From NCBI RefSeq assembly GCF_018977255.1, contig NW_024704742.1, positions 110,050,001-110,114,000 on the forward strand: DNA of 64,000 nucleotides. The letters are read 5' to 3'. The position numbers and the translations under genes are program-made. The notes under the pieces are model-generated. The model was given only the letters and a program-made list of their open reading frames with translations, searched no databases and was not told the DNA's origin. Below are positions 24,241 through 38,194 of this stretch, in pieces. Source of the stretch: Callorhinchus milii (Eukaryota). The first letter of the stretch is position 1; every line of letters begins with the position of its first letter.

Positions 24241-24935
24241 CAACAACAACAACAGGATTACATGTGTTTAGCACCTTTCACATTCGGAGGATGTCCCTAG
24301 GCCCTGGACAGTCAGTGTTTCAGACCCGAGCTCTGGGGTCAGGATTGGGGAGGGTGGAGGGCAGGGGGGGAAGCAGGGTACTCGAAAACACGGTCAAAGA
24401 GGAGGGTCCTGAGATGGGACTTGAAGGAAGCAAGGGAGGGGGCGAGGTGGAGGGACCGCAGGACGGAGTTCCAGAGGGTGGGGACAGAATGGAAGAAGGC
24501 CCACCCGTCAATGGTGGATTGGGGGTGGGGGACATGAAGCAGGCCGGAGCCCACTGAGAGGAGGGAATGGGCAGGATGGTAGGGGCTTGGGAGGTTGCAG
24601 AGATAGAGGGGAGCAAGGCCATGGAGGGCTTTGAAGGTGAGGACCAGGATCTTGAACTATATCCTCTGTGTGATGGGAAGCCAGTGGAGTCGGGTGAAGA
24701 TGGGGATGATAGGGTCACAGTGCCTGGTGGGGGAGAGGACATGGGCTGCAGAGTTCTGGATGATCTGCAGCCTATGGAGGGAGGAATTGGGGAGGCTGAC
24801 AAGCAGAACTTTTGCATAGTCAAGCCTCGATGTTATGAATGCGCGTATGAGGGTTTTGGCAGCCTGCTGTGTGAGACAGCGGTGGAGCCGAGCGATGTTG
24901 CGGAGGTGGGGGAAAGCAGAATGGGTCATGATCTT
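24241..24935 (-). mobile_element. L2 LINE 3' fragment
   Basis: HLRNIARL..AFITSRLDY..LQIIQNSAA..LHWLPI; (CAA)n tail at 24241. Confidence 0.93.
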
Positions 24936-24959
24936 CAGCCTTCTGATCTGTAGCATATA

Positions 24960-25230
24960 TCCCTACCCTTTCGATTAAGCATATTAACCAGATATTTTCA
25001 TACCTTGGTTTATCCTGCAATTCTGGCTCAATCACTTTATTCCCCAAATGTCTCTTACATAGAAGACAGCTACTTTCATCTTTTTCATCCCTTCTATTTT
25101 CCTAAGTATCCTGTACCATTGTAAGTTATCTTCATTTCCTCCATCCTGATTGAACTGTGTCTCTGTGAATCCTATCACATTGCAATTACCGGATGCCACC
25201 AATGTCTCTTGTTCTACCAATTTAAGCAGA
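24960..25230 (-). mobile_element. CR1 LINE endonuclease-region remnant
   Basis: VIGFTETQ..YRILRK..VAVFYVRD resembles the APE domain start (IIGITETW..GVALYVK). Confidence 0.6.
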
Positions 25231-28200
25231 CCTAAAATATTTACTTACCCTTCTTGTCTAGGTGCATATTGACATACTGTGCATTTCTAGCATTTTCGGT
25301 TTTTATTTCAGATTTGAATTCTTCCCAGTTTCTTTTTATCCGTTATAATTTGTGATGGGTGCCTGGACCTGAGGAAAGATGCCTTTATGTGATTTGTGAA
25401 ATATAGCAGACTGCAAGGAAAGCCACATCAGTGAACGATCTTGGCTAATCCTCTTTAGATTCTAAAAAGCCTACATGGTCTTAATGACTATGAAATCAGA
25501 TATTGAATTTGTATGAATAATAGTACTGTATGCGTTTGTAAGGTCATATGGGGTGATGCTGGAGGGTGAGGAAGTGGTGTATTGCGTGTGTGGTGTGGGC
25601 ATGTGCATTAATTTAATGATTTTTGGGTCATAGCCATGTGTTGCCACAGTTATTGGCCTCTTCAGTGCACTATGTAATGCTGCATGAACACAGCAGATTG
25701 GAGTCCTTTTTTTTGCTGCTAAACTGGTGCTAAAAATCATGCTAAACTCCTTCACTGGGGCACTGCGTTTAGTGAAATGCTCTTACTGCAGTATTAAAGT
25801 CTTCATTGCACAGTTATATATCAATTCCCCTTTGTTTGATGTAAGGGTGATTTGTGCTGCTCTCTAACAGTTTGTGAAAAGTCTTTGTTGAACAGCAGGC
25901 GTTTCATGCGCTCTCTAAATCTAGTATTCCATAAAGTGCAGCGCAATTTATTGACTGGGTAAAAAAACAGATACCAACTAAAGTGTGAATGTAACTCTCT
26001 CCACCCTGTACAAACTGAAGTGGTAAATAGATAAAGACAGACCCAAAAGGCAGGGGAAGGGTCAGCATTACCAGGACTTCTGTCAGATGAGCAAGTACAG
26101 GACTGGAAAAGACAATTGTGGTGCATCTGGTACAAAAATTGTCCTGTCAGTGAACTAAATGAACCCATAAAATCCTAGTGGCAATAATGTGTTAGTTATG
26201 AACTTAAAATCACCTTATTTCCTCCATCCTTTCAATTGAGAAAAACATCCAAGTTGTCAATATTTGTTGAATTACACTCCTCAATCTTTCTATGACTGCA
26301 TGTGTTTGACTGCGTGTGTCAAACAGTCTCAAAAATGGTTAATCATTTCCTTTTGGGTCAGTATTTGCCAATTTGAAGAGTAAAGAGTAAATGAGGCAGA
26401 CGAAGGGCTACCAAGAAATAAATATATAGGCAATATCAGAAAATGTTTAATCAATGGCAATACAAAATAATAATAATCCTTGCATTTGATCTAAAGCCTT
26501 ATCACATTGAATCACCTCAAAGCACTTCACAGAGTTTTCTGTAAAGTGTGCATTTGTAGATAATAATAAAACATAGTAACATTTGAACGTACAATACTGA
26601 AAATGACCATTGAAGTCAATCTGGCTAGTCTATTTTTAAATATCATCCTCATCTCTCCAAAACATCACCTCTATCATATTTATTATTTCACTCTTGAAAT
26701 TACCAACACTAGAGTCTAACTTGTGATATTCCCAAATTGGATTTGAAGCATTAATTGCATCTTTCATTTTTCAATGAAAGCCATTTCGTTTGCAATATTT
26801 GCACAATGCCTAATTCTTATTTCCAAAAGCTGACGAAATACAAATAGAAGATTCTGAGTGAAATTCCAGCTGCTCACTTCATTCTATGCCATTTTATTTT
26901 AACTTAGTTGGCTTTCTATTTGCTTACAAAATACAGTCAGTCCATTTTACAGTGTATCATGTGAAGTGCTTTGAACATCCTCCTGATATGAAAGGTGCTA
27001 TCTAAAATGTAAGAATTTTTTATTTTTAAAAAATCACAGTTAACTTTCTTTGCAAATACTTCACCCTCTTCAAATGGTACGATTCCATTGTTCATATCCA
27101 TTGGATAAAGGATTGATGTCATTCAGAAATCACAAACATTTTTTTTCATTGCTGCTTTTGTACCAGTTATTAGGAATATATGCGGGTAAACCTGATTTGG
27201 AGAAATCCTCTCTTTTTTCCCTCGCTCTCTATTTAGTTCATACATATTTTGCAAAATAAATAAATTAAAGATTGTGATGATCAAGAGACTAGAGAACATG
27301 TGACGTCAATTTAAAAGCCTCCAGGGTGAAAATCATCCCGTTTTAGACAAGGGACTTGTTGTATAAAGAGCTGTCAGTAATCTGAATGCATGAAATTAGT
27401 TGATCAGTTGATGCTTAGTACAAATTCGTCCTTAAATCCATTACCAGCAATACATTATGTTTTTTCTGCACAGTGAGGTTTGGGCGAATGTGAAATGCAT
27501 GTCCCCAGAACATCTTTGAGGCAAATTCAATTGGGATGTTTAAAAGTGGGAAAGATAGATACTTGGAAAGTCAGGATACTAAGGGATAAAAAGAAAACTA
27601 GGGGAATAGGGTTAGAAGATTTGCAATGATCTCATAAAATGGCAGAAAGGGTTCAATAAGCTGAATGGCCTTCTCTTGTTCTGATGTGTTTAATAAACCC
27701 CCTTGCACTGATTCATACCTGCACAAAGATTGTAGAGTGCTGTGCTGCCTTGATACACAAACACCACAGACAGACAATGGGTTCAATTCTCATGGTGAGT
27801 TTCTGTGTCACAGCTGTGCCATTAGGTAGAAGCATTAAGTGAAGGCCAGACATTTACCATCTTCTCTGAGGTGATGGAAACAATGACATGCAAAGAGGGG
27901 CCATGGGGAGGCATGAAAAACAAACTGGAATACCCCACCCCAGAAAATAAAAGCCAGCTGATCTCCTATTCTACATGTGTGTACCAATAAAGCAGACCAG
28001 TCTGATTTTCATCCCAGTTATTTACTGGCCACCACTGAATTAAAGATGTGTGCTCCATCCTTTGCTTATTGCAAACTGTGCAAACTTTAACACTATCTGT
28101 GATCTTTTCATATTTCCTTGTGCACCTCTGGACCTCTTTGTTCAAACAACTTTTTTCCGCTCCATAGTCATTTCAGTATAGTTTATGAAATAATCAATAA

Positions 28201-28984
28201 ATCCTATGGAGCAAGGCCCTACCTCTAATAATACTTGGTTTAGCTGTATTTGGTGCGGGGGTGGGGGTGGTGGTAGTCTGCTTCATCCCTTTCTTCCTAA
28301 TAAAAACAAAACACAGAACAGATGTGTAATAAAATTCTTATGCACTCTCAAAAGGAGGTTATCATATGAAGCCAATAAAGACGTATGCCTAAGAACTATA
28401 AATACATATTTTTATTTGCACTGACATATAAAGGAAAAGGTTGGTAGGAAATTATGACTGATGCCAGGGACGTCCATTTCAACATTTAATATTTCAAGTT
28501 TGCACCTTTGACTCATTTTCATTCAAAGAAGGTGTTTGTTCATTTTGACCACATAAATATGGCACACACAGGGTCTGCGGCATTTTAATTGTGTTCAAAG
28601 GTTACTACACTGAATTCTGATCATACCGCTTTCACTAATTGCTTCCATTTATAAGAGGTGATTTGTGGGTAAGTGGTGAACAATTCTTGCTATCCTAGGC
28701 AGAACCTCATGGTAGAATATACTGGAGTGCCCACCTCCCCAACATTCACTGCCTTTCAGGGTGCCAGCATGTGGCTTTGTTGTCCAAGGTTCTCCAATAT
28801 GGTAAGCTCCTGACCTCAGGTGTACTGTACATATTCAACATAGTCAAAAAATCTAGAATAAAGGGACACAGATTCAAACTGAGGAGATGGAAAGTGAGCA
28901 GATAGTTTAGATTTACGTTAAACAAAGTGGTGAATATTCTACAACGGCAACATTACGTTTATATAGTGCCTTTCACTGTATCAT

Positions 28985-29299
28985 TAATAATAATAATAAT
29001 AATCCTTGCATTTGATATAGCTCTTTTAACGTCGGGAGGACGTCCCAAAGCGCTTCACAGAACACACTGTAAAGTGAATTGACTGTATATTTGTGGGCGA
29101 ACGCGGCAGCCAATTGCGCACAGCAGTGTCCCACAAACAGTCGTAGATTGAAAATGACCAATTTATTATTGTTTTTGGTTTTGGAGGGATTATTATTAGG
29201 CGTGTGGAGTAAGAAAACAGGTTTCGCCCTGTCTGGAATTGAACTCAGGTCTCTCACATGCAAAGCGAGTGCTCTAACCACTGAGCTACAGGACTCCAC
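28985..29299 (-). mobile_element. tRNA-derived SINE (younger family), internally deleted
   Basis: Head GGAGTCCTGTAGCTCAGTGGTTAGAGCAC with A/B boxes; Deu motif; (TTA)n tail. Confidence 0.92.
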
Positions 29300-29387
29300 G
29301 AAGGACATCCTTTTGGATGCAACCGATCGTTAGTCAAGTGGCGGATGGCTTTTCTGGGGATAATGATCCCTTAAAAAAATAAAAAAA

Positions 29388-29680
29388 GTCTCAAAGTCCT
29401 TCACAGAATATACTGTATATTTTGTGAGCCAAACTGCGCACAGCAATGGCCCACAAACAATTGTGGATTAAGTGACCAATTTATTATTATTATTTTTTGA
29501 AGGAATTATTATCCAGAAAAGCAATCCACCAATCGAATAACAACTAGGTTTCTACTTACTGCTAGGTAAACAGAGGAGTGTGGTGTAAGGAAACTTGCCC
29601 AACATGTAGCCCTGTCCAGAACTGAACCCAGGTCTCTCGCTTGCGAGGTGAGTGCTCTAACCACTGAGTTATAGTACTCT
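29388..29680 (-). mobile_element. tRNA-derived SINE (younger family), 3'-truncated
   Basis: Colinear with the reverse complement of 53389-53762. Confidence 0.88.
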
Positions 29681-29689
29681 GTAGCAACC

Positions 29690-29960
29690 GATATGCACAC
29701 ACAATGTTCCACAAACAGCCATGAAGTGAATGAGCATTTTTTATTTGGAGGATTATTGGCCACAATAATGAGAAAAGCTCCCTTCTCTTTTTAAATAATG
29801 CTATGGGATTTTAACATCCACTTGATTAGGAAGACAGGACTTTTGTATAACATCTCCTCTGAAGGATGACACCTCTCACAATGCAGCATTCCCCAACACT
29901 GCTCCTAAATTTCAGCCTAGACTATGAGCTTAAAATCCCAATGTTGGGCTCGAACCCACA
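29690..29960 (-). mobile_element. DeuSINE-type SINE (older family)
   Basis: Colinear with 17960-18378. Confidence 0.75.
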
Positions 29961-32719
29961 CCCGACACAACAAATTTGTTTAATTGCTTTGCCATTGTTT
30001 TCAGTCCAGTTACTATTCTGATTTGCAGTGGTACATTTGGAACACATTATGATGCGGCTCTGCATATTTTGGTAGCTTTGAGACTGTCTACTGGAAGCTG
30101 AAACTTGCAGAATCAGGTCAGTGAGCCTGCACTTTACAGTAAATCCCGTGAAATGCTTTAAGGCATCATGAGGAGGTGATAAGGTGCTATATCTAATGCA
30201 ATGATAATTTTTATTATTATTTTATTGAGAGAGCAGAAATCAAGGTGGTGACATTTTTTGAGTGGTGGATAGGTTTGGTGTCCATAAAAAAATATATATA
30301 TAGTTGCCTCAGCAAACAATTTAACTTCAAACTCTTATCTGAAATTTCCCTCAGATAAAGTCTGTGGGCAGTCAATACTGCCACTCGGTCTGTCTGTAAA
30401 ACAGCAATAAATAATGAATCAGTATAGAAAAGTGGTTTATTTTTTGTGAATTGTCTTTTCCCAAAATCACTAAGTCTGTTAGTATAATATTGTTTAATCA
30501 GGAGACTTCCTGACTGACATTTATTCGCTGCAGAAATGCAAAAGTTTCTCTGAAAGCATAAACCACATACTAGTGTAGTGTTGAAATACTTCTGCACCAA
30601 AGAACTCATCATTGGGTACGTGTTCAAATCCTGCAGCATATGAAACACATGTAGAATAGTGTTAGAATGTTGCTGTAGATAAAATACACCAAGTGTGCGA
30701 TATAAAACACATGTACGGTCGTGTGAGTATACATATGTGATCATCTTTAGAGCAGTTCTCACATGACAAGTACATCTTGATGAATTTCATTTTCCTTTAC
30801 TTTGGTTAAATATTATGCAGTGTTCCTCATCATAAGGCTCATAGGGGAGAAGGTCACTTGAGGCACTGCTTTCCTTCACCTGTGGCCCCGGGCAGACCAT
30901 GTGTGTCTGGGCCACCTGGGATTTAATACTGTGCCCTCTCTTTGTCTTCTTGTCAAAGCGCCTTGGGACGTCCTTCCAACGTGAAAGGCGCTATACAAAT
31001 GTAATTTTGTTGTCATTATTGTCCAGCCAAAGATTGAAATGGATAAACTAAAAATATCTTATTTAAAATAGTGGGGTAAAAACCGTTGCTAATGTTGCTA
31101 ATTAATGCATACATTCAAATTAGTGACTTATGGCATTTAAAACAACAACTGGTTCCTGGGTGTATGCTGGAGGTGGAACTCACTCAACACAACCGTCTCA
31201 ATAGTCATATTGAGAAGCTTATTTGAATTTGTCTCCCGTACATTGGAGCGCAAGTTAATGAGAAACTGGCTAAAGTAAACCACAAAAACTCAGAGTAAAC
31301 CTGATATCCTACTAATCATCAGTTCAACATAACCTTGAGCTGGAAGTCCCAGTGCAGCCCTTGGAAAGGATTTCAGGAAGTGAAACCCACTTCAACACAC
31401 TTAGGGACCAGTCAGTCTGCCAAATATCATCAGGTTGCTAATTTCAATCCATGTGCTGACTGGCACTAGTGATGTTAATTAACATATCACACATTCCAAT
31501 TTTCACCCAGTATTAGTTAATAGAAATATTGGCCCTGAATTTTGATTGAAATTAGGCACTCACTGTGTGGGGAAACACAGGCATAGGCTTGTGCATCAGC
31601 ATTCCATGGTACAACATTCCTGGCAGCAGTGCTTAAGAAAGGCCTGGGCTGGGTTTGAGCACTCAATAAATAGTGAATAACACTGCATATGATTGTATCA
31701 ACATTTTGCCCTTTGGTCCTTAAGCCTAACATTTTAGAATAGAGATGAGGAGTAGAAGTTATGTTCATTGACTGAATCGCAGCTTCTGTTGTCTAATCTG
31801 GTATAACTTTACTTTTTGAGACTTTCATTCCTTTACAATTAAAAAAAAATTGCTCACCCCAGATAGCATGGCTGAGGTCAGAGACGTGCTGCATAAAAAA
31901 TGATGAATCAGACCTTCTTATACCTCTACTTGGTACTCAAAAGTGAACAAGGGGTTAAGGACAATACCACATGCAACATTAAGCACTCTTCTGCCTTTCT
32001 ACATTTCTGAAACTCTCTCCACTTAACCAGTCCCTGTAGAATGGCTATCCCTGCCTTGTATGTGTGTGTGCGTGTGGACTCCTCAGATGAAGGGAAGAGC
32101 ACTACATTGTTTAACTTCCCTGTTCATATAAAGAACAAAGCCAACATAACCTGACAATTACAGATGGCATTCACTATGTGGAAGGAGCACAACAGAAGAT
32201 CCCACCATTTTATCACAGCCCATTATTCATCCACTTTCTGACAGTGTTTGTGATTACAAATCACTTGATTGACTAACTAGACATCTGCACAGTGAATCAC
32301 AGAACAGGTTTGTTTCATCTCAGAGCCATCAGAAGACATTGCAATCTTTCACAAAATGGCTTATTTTCAAGTGATATTGAAAGCAGAGAGAAGTATAATT
32401 AAATCACAGGTTTGCCAAAAATACATATAATTTGGTTTAATTTCAAACAATTGAACTTTGCTCAAATACTGAATACCTCTGTACAAATGGTATTTTCCAT
32501 TATTTACCCATTTTGGGGTTTGAGATTGTCTTTTGCAGTGAAACTGTCTTTTGCATGAATCTCTCACCCTAAGCTATGTGAAAGCGTACATATACCATTT
32601 CCTGGGTTTTCAGTTAACAAGGTATAGTTGCTCATCGCAGACCAATCGTTGAAATGTCTGACTTGGTGAATTTTGCATTATATCTGCTTGTCCAATTTGC
32701 TGCATGTCTAGGCTGTAAG

Positions 32720-33252
32720 CTCCATGGTCTGCCCTACCTCTGACCTCCTCAAATCCTAACAACACACTTGCTTCCTCCGCTCAATGGGTACCAGTCTGTT
32801 TCACATCGCCCATTCTTCCCACCACACCATAGGCAATCAGCTATCAGCTTATCTGCCCCGACTCTGAGAAACTCCATCCCACAGTCCTTTTGCCTCAACC
32901 CCTTCCTCACCTCCTTCAATCCACACAAAGTCCTTCCTCTTTGACCATGCTTTTAGTTTTCTTTCCACACCTCCCACCCCTCCCTAGCTCCCACCCCAAG
33001 CTTGGCTGCAAACCTTGGACTGTCCAGTGTCTTGGGATGCAGGATGGCCAACAAGCCTTTCTGCTGACTTCAAGTTGAAAGCAAGTGATGCAGCATAGTC
33101 GTAGGTCAAAGGTAAGGGTGAGGTGTGCTCCTGGAATTTCCTTCTTGTACACTTACACGTTGCACTCCAGATTTGGGCCTGGAGTTCAATAAGCCACCAA
33201 GAACTCTGGGAAGTGAAAGGGGCTATATGCATGTGAATGTGTTATTATTGTT
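32720..33252 (+). mobile_element. L2 3' fragment with a foreign ~180-bp insert in its terminal stem-loop
   Basis: L2 3' similarity up to ctgtccagtgtcttgggat, resuming at gtgaaaggggctatat. Confidence 0.8.
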
Positions 33253-34233
33253 TGACTTGTTAAGAAGTCTGTACAAAAGAAATTCATGCTGTCCCTGCAA
33301 TTCATTTTCAGCTTTGCCAGGATGCCTTGACTGCAGAGGTCCAAAGATCAGTTGTGTCAATCTCACTGTGTTGCAGTCTCTACAAAGACAATGGGTAGAA
33401 GCTCTCTGCAAATAAAAGTCAACTCCAGTCCCTTCTGTGCTGCTGCAGCTCTATTGAAATTCCAGCGTTGAAACCTAGCACTCTCTTTCTTGGGATCCAA
33501 GTATGGGTGACAGTCTGGCTTTCCACACAGGGACAAATGCATGATTCTACTTACGGATCACATCTGCATCCCACTTAAAGCTCTGATTATCCAATCGATA
33601 TTCAATGTGGAGGGGAAAATGCTAAATATTCAAATAAGAAGTAGGCTCTTTAAATCCATTACCGATATAAAATAGAGGTTTATTCTAAAAAAGGCTGCCT
33701 GTGCAATTGATCAAACGTAATACATTAGTGGTTGTAACTCGGCCACAAAAATCAGATGCAACTATGATCCAGGATTTAAAAAATAAAAACAGAAATTCCT
33801 CTTGCTACATGTCAAGCTCTGAGCTCACGCTGATCTCAAGCTTGTAAAAGATGAAGCAGGCAACAGATTTCATAAAGGTTGACAAAGAAACAATGAAGCA
33901 TCAGCTTTACAGAGTCAAAGGTCATGCCTGTGCTCGTCCATGGCTTAACTGCAGGATGAGTTAGGGTTCAGATGTTTCTGTGACAACACAGGGTCAGGTG
34001 ACCTGGATACATCCTTCCAAGCTGTTCCTGAGGAATAAATGGGTTGGTTGGATACAGGACGGCCAACAAGCCTTTCTGCTGACTTCAAGTTGAAAGCAAG
34101 TGACGCAGCAGAGTCGTAGGTCAAAGGTAAGAGGTGAGGTGTGCTCCTGGAATTTCCTTGTTGTACACTTACACATTGCTCTCCAGATTTGGGCCTGGAG
34201 TTCAATAAGCCACCAAGAACTCTCGTGGGAAGT
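33035..34233 (+). repeat. Direct duplication 33035-33214 / 34050-34233
   Basis: Near-identical ~180-bp copies by eye. Confidence 0.95.
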
Positions 34234-34559
34234 TCAATATTGGAGCAAGCTCGTAAAGGTCCCTTTGAAGGACTGCTGGGACAATGCAGCTCTTTTGCAT
34301 ATTTCTGGAAGACAACAACAACAACAATAATAATACAAATAATAATATTAATAACGTTAATAAGCCTATTCAAAAATGGCTTGACAAAGTACCAGGTGAA
34401 CAAAATATCAACTCTCTGCCAAAAGTAGCTAAGATCAAATATATTGAGAAAAGTAACATCCATTCATATGTAAAGTGGCAGTGTTATTGGTCTGGCTGAC
34501 CCATAGTGAAAACCATTTAGAAATGACTTCTACAGAGTAATTTAAACTGTGGTAACATT

Positions 34560-34962
34560 ATAATATTAATAATCTTTACATTTGGTATAATGCTTTTCAT
34601 TTATCAAAGTGCATCACAGGATACACTGTGTATGTTTTATGCACAAATGCTAATTTGCACTTGCACACAGCAATTTCCCACAAACAGCCATGAAGTTAAT
34701 GATCAATTTTATTTGGAGGACTGTCATCCCGAGAACTTCTCTTTTCAAAGAGTGTCATAGGATCTTTAACATCTTCCTGAACAGGCAGATGGGACCTCAA
34801 TTTAATGTCTCATCCAAAAAATGGGACATCCAACAATGCGGCACACTATCAGCAATGCATTGGAGTGTCAGCTGAGACTATATGAGTTCAAAGTCCTGAC
34901 ATAGGGCTTGAACTTACAACCTTCGGTCTCAGAGGCAAGAGTGATACCAACCAGGCCAGGTT
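34560..34962 (-). mobile_element. DeuSINE-type SINE (older family)
   Basis: Deu motifs and a tRNA-like head. Confidence 0.8.
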
Positions 34963-35269
34963 CACACAAAATGAAACAAGCTGAACTGTAAGCCATCTAC
35001 TTTTCTGTTTGAAATCAGATATGTTTTACAAAAATATTTCTCCACATTACGGTCAATAGAAAGATAACATAAATATATTCAGAGTAATATTTTTTTGGAA
35101 TAATATCTAGAGTAATGCATTATGTTATTATAATCTAATTTTACTGCCTCAGGTAACCACAAATGCAATGCCAGAGGTTAGATTACAAGCAATACCACAA
35201 TCCTTGTATTTATTGTGCTTACAATATTTTATGCAGATTGAAGCTGGAGCTCCTTAAACTTCTGAACAT

Positions 35270-35680
35270 TAGCCATGTTCATACTAGTGAAGAGAAGGTT
35301 GAGGGGCGATATTATTAGAGTCTTTAAGATTCTTAAGGGAATACATAATGTAAACCATGATAAGCTGTTTTATCTTGTACTGAACAGTAGAACCAGAGGA
35401 CATGGCCTGCGATTGAAGGGGGGTAAATTGAGAACAAATCTGCGGAAACACTACTTCAATGAGCGAGTAGAAAACATATGGAACAGGCTCCCTAGGGAGA
35501 CAGTGGAAGCAGAAAATGTTGTTTGTTTCAAGAACAAATTAGATAGGTTTCTGCTAAAACTAATATCTCGGGATACAGTGTATAGTTTGGGGCATGACAT
35601 GTCAAACAACTGCCAGGACGGTGGAAGGCTAACTAGATGGACCTTGGTCTTCTTTCGCTTAGTAAATTCTTATGTTCTTA
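35270..35680 (+). mobile_element. CR1 LINE 3' end
   Basis: RRLRGDIIRVFKILKG..RTRGH..HYFNERVENIWNRLP; ttcttatgttctta tail. Confidence 0.93.
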
Positions 35681-36014
35681 GATCCAGTGTTTTATTGTTA
35701 TACGGAAGTGATCTACAGTGTGTAGATCTCTCTCTGTGTGATGTGGTCATTGAATGGTCAGGAATGTGCATTTCAAATTCCAACCAATTGGTTAAGTTCC
35801 TTTTACACTGGTACTGCAATGGGACACATTTTGGGAATTGCTCATGTTAACTGAAGGAAATGCTAATTGATAAGAGAGGCTCATGCCATTCACAGATGGG
35901 TATCACAGCTCTTCATTGTGCAACTCCAGTGATACATTAGGAACAGTTGTGTTATATTCAGAATATTTATTCTGATAATTTGTACAAAGTGGATTTGTTA
36001 AAAAAATGTTCAGT

Positions 36015-36250
36015 TTGGCTCACTTAGTAGCACTCTTCCTCATAATTCAAAACAGTGTTGGTTCAATGACTGACATTGACTTGGGTCTTGAGCCCATAGT
36101 GTGGAATGATACTCCACTGTGATGCTGTTGCATTATCATAGGTTGCCGTTTTTTGGATAAGATAAACTGAGTACTATCAATACTCAAGTTGTTAAAGATA
36201 TCATGATACTATTTTAAAGAGGCGTTTCTTCTGGTATCCTCACAAATAAT
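36015..36250 (+). mobile_element. Degraded DeuSINE 5' part
   Basis: ttggctcacttagtagcactct head; similar to 41053-41370. Confidence 0.55.
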
Positions 36251-37702
36251 CCTCCAGATTAATTGGATGATAGTAATTGAAGCTGCATATGTAGAAGGTT
36301 TCACATAGCCAGGGAAAGAAGGATCTTTATAGCTATAACACTAACAGTACATTCATCAGGGATTCGTCTGGGACCTTGGTTTCTTTTATTTTTATTTAAA
36401 AAAATCCTACTTTGCGTCTTGCTATTCAAATCTAACAATGCACTACAACAACCTCCAGGGGATCTGTCTGACATGTAAGTCATCAACAAGCTAGGTAATA
36501 TGTCAAAATGTCCTTGTTATGACCAGAATGACTTTATTTGATTGAAATGTTGCAAAAGAAGAATGACGGTGCACACTTAGAAGCACAGGTTATTGTTAAT
36601 AGACAACAAGGCTTTCGAGTGTAATGTGTGGCACTGACTACCATCAAGTGTCTGATGGGACTGTGTTGCTCTAGTCTTAGCAGCACTGTGAATGGAGAGA
36701 TGGACAGCAAATGTTCACTGACCCCCAAAATGAAGGGAGGAAGGTTTACCCCCAAGCTGTTCTTAGTCACCCTCATAGTAAATTACTTGGATTGAGTTAA
36801 GATGATATCTCATGAAAGTGGCACTGGAATTCGAGCTCTGGACCTAGAAACAACAATAAAAGTCAACAAAATATGGCCAATTTTGTACTAAAATTGCGAT
36901 ATGTGTGTGTATGGGAGAAATAGGGGTATCTCATACCCATGGCCATTCTTTAGTTATTGATTAGTTTGATTACAATTTTACTCAATGTGATAATTATTAC
37001 CAATGATAATTATCGCATCACATGTTACATTTTTCACCCCAATTTTTATGTGCTCAACTCTCTCTAATATGAGCAAATTTATATCATGATTTTAGTTGTA
37101 CAGAAATATTTGATATGTTGACACTGTAAAAGTGTTGTTTCATAATTTTATTAATTTTCCTCGCTGCCCAACAGATTACCCTATGTCTGAGCATGTTATG
37201 TCAGAAATTGACTGACTCCCAGACATTTGCAAATCCTGCTCTGTAAGTAGCTGGAGGGAAAAGCCTTGGCTAACTCATTTGTCAGTTTCTTCACTGTCTC
37301 AACGGGGAAGCCTGATAACCTCTGTTTGGCAATTCTATCACAGGCCCAGTAGATCAGAAGCTCCCTAAAGCTAACACTTTGAGGATGTAATTTGTGTGAA
37401 AAGTCTGAGAATGTCCTATGCCATATGGATGAGAAGCATGGCTCCACTGTTGCCAGTTACCCTATTGCAGCTTGCCCTACTAGCTATTATTCAAGGGCAA
37501 GAACAGATGGGAGCATTGGTAGATTATGGCAACACAGTTAAACCTTACCTGGTTCTCACCTTATGTCCATTCACATACAATTTTCCATCAGATCACAAGA
37601 TTACAATCAAGAGTAGGAATCCTGGCAGGCTCCAGAATAGTCTTTAAAATGAATATTAACAATAATATTGTTAAATTCTATTAATTATATTAATTCACTT
37701 AC

Positions 37703-38194
37703 CTTACGTCCAGTTATTTGTGCCCATGAGCTGCAATGCTTGCTGGACTGTATCTTTGGTAAGATACGTTGAATGATTCCTATAACAGGCATGTGCCCCT
37801 TGTCCCTTTCTTCCCGCACTACATCCACATTCAACCTTGTTGGTGATTGTAAGGAGCTAATACTTTGGCTTCTTTGTAGCTGTTTTCTTTTGGGCAAGTA
37901 GACTGCCATACAGTTCTGTTGTGCTGGAAGAGAGATATTACCTTTCCTTTGTTTCTCTGTCTGATTCTCAATAACATCTAATGAATGGAATTTCTCAGTG
38001 TCTCTTACATGACTTGAAGATTGACTGCTCAGATTCATTTCAGTGTCATTCATTTCACATTCATCCATGCACCTAGGCCACTCTGTCAAGATTGCTTGTT
38101 GAAATGAATCTTCTTGCCTAGGTTGAATGGCTAGTTGCAGAAACTCAGAAGATTCCAAATTTTCTTTTACGTTTTTCAGTTCTGTCACCCTTAT
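37703..38194 (-). CDS. Candidate 492-nt phase-0 coding exon of an unidentified gene (164 aa, S/Q/E/K-rich)
   Basis: Open frame between acceptor gaatttcag|ATA and donor AAG|GTAAGT; length divisible by 3; polar composition unlike the F/L/I-rich chance ORFs nearby. Confidence 0.45.

Noticed and set aside
35275-35850. 191-aa ORF as a host gene
   Set aside because: CR1 ORF2 end running into unrelated flank
37550-37641. Exon immediately following the 492-nt exon
   Set aside because: Would need a 61-nt intron, and all three frames stop within it
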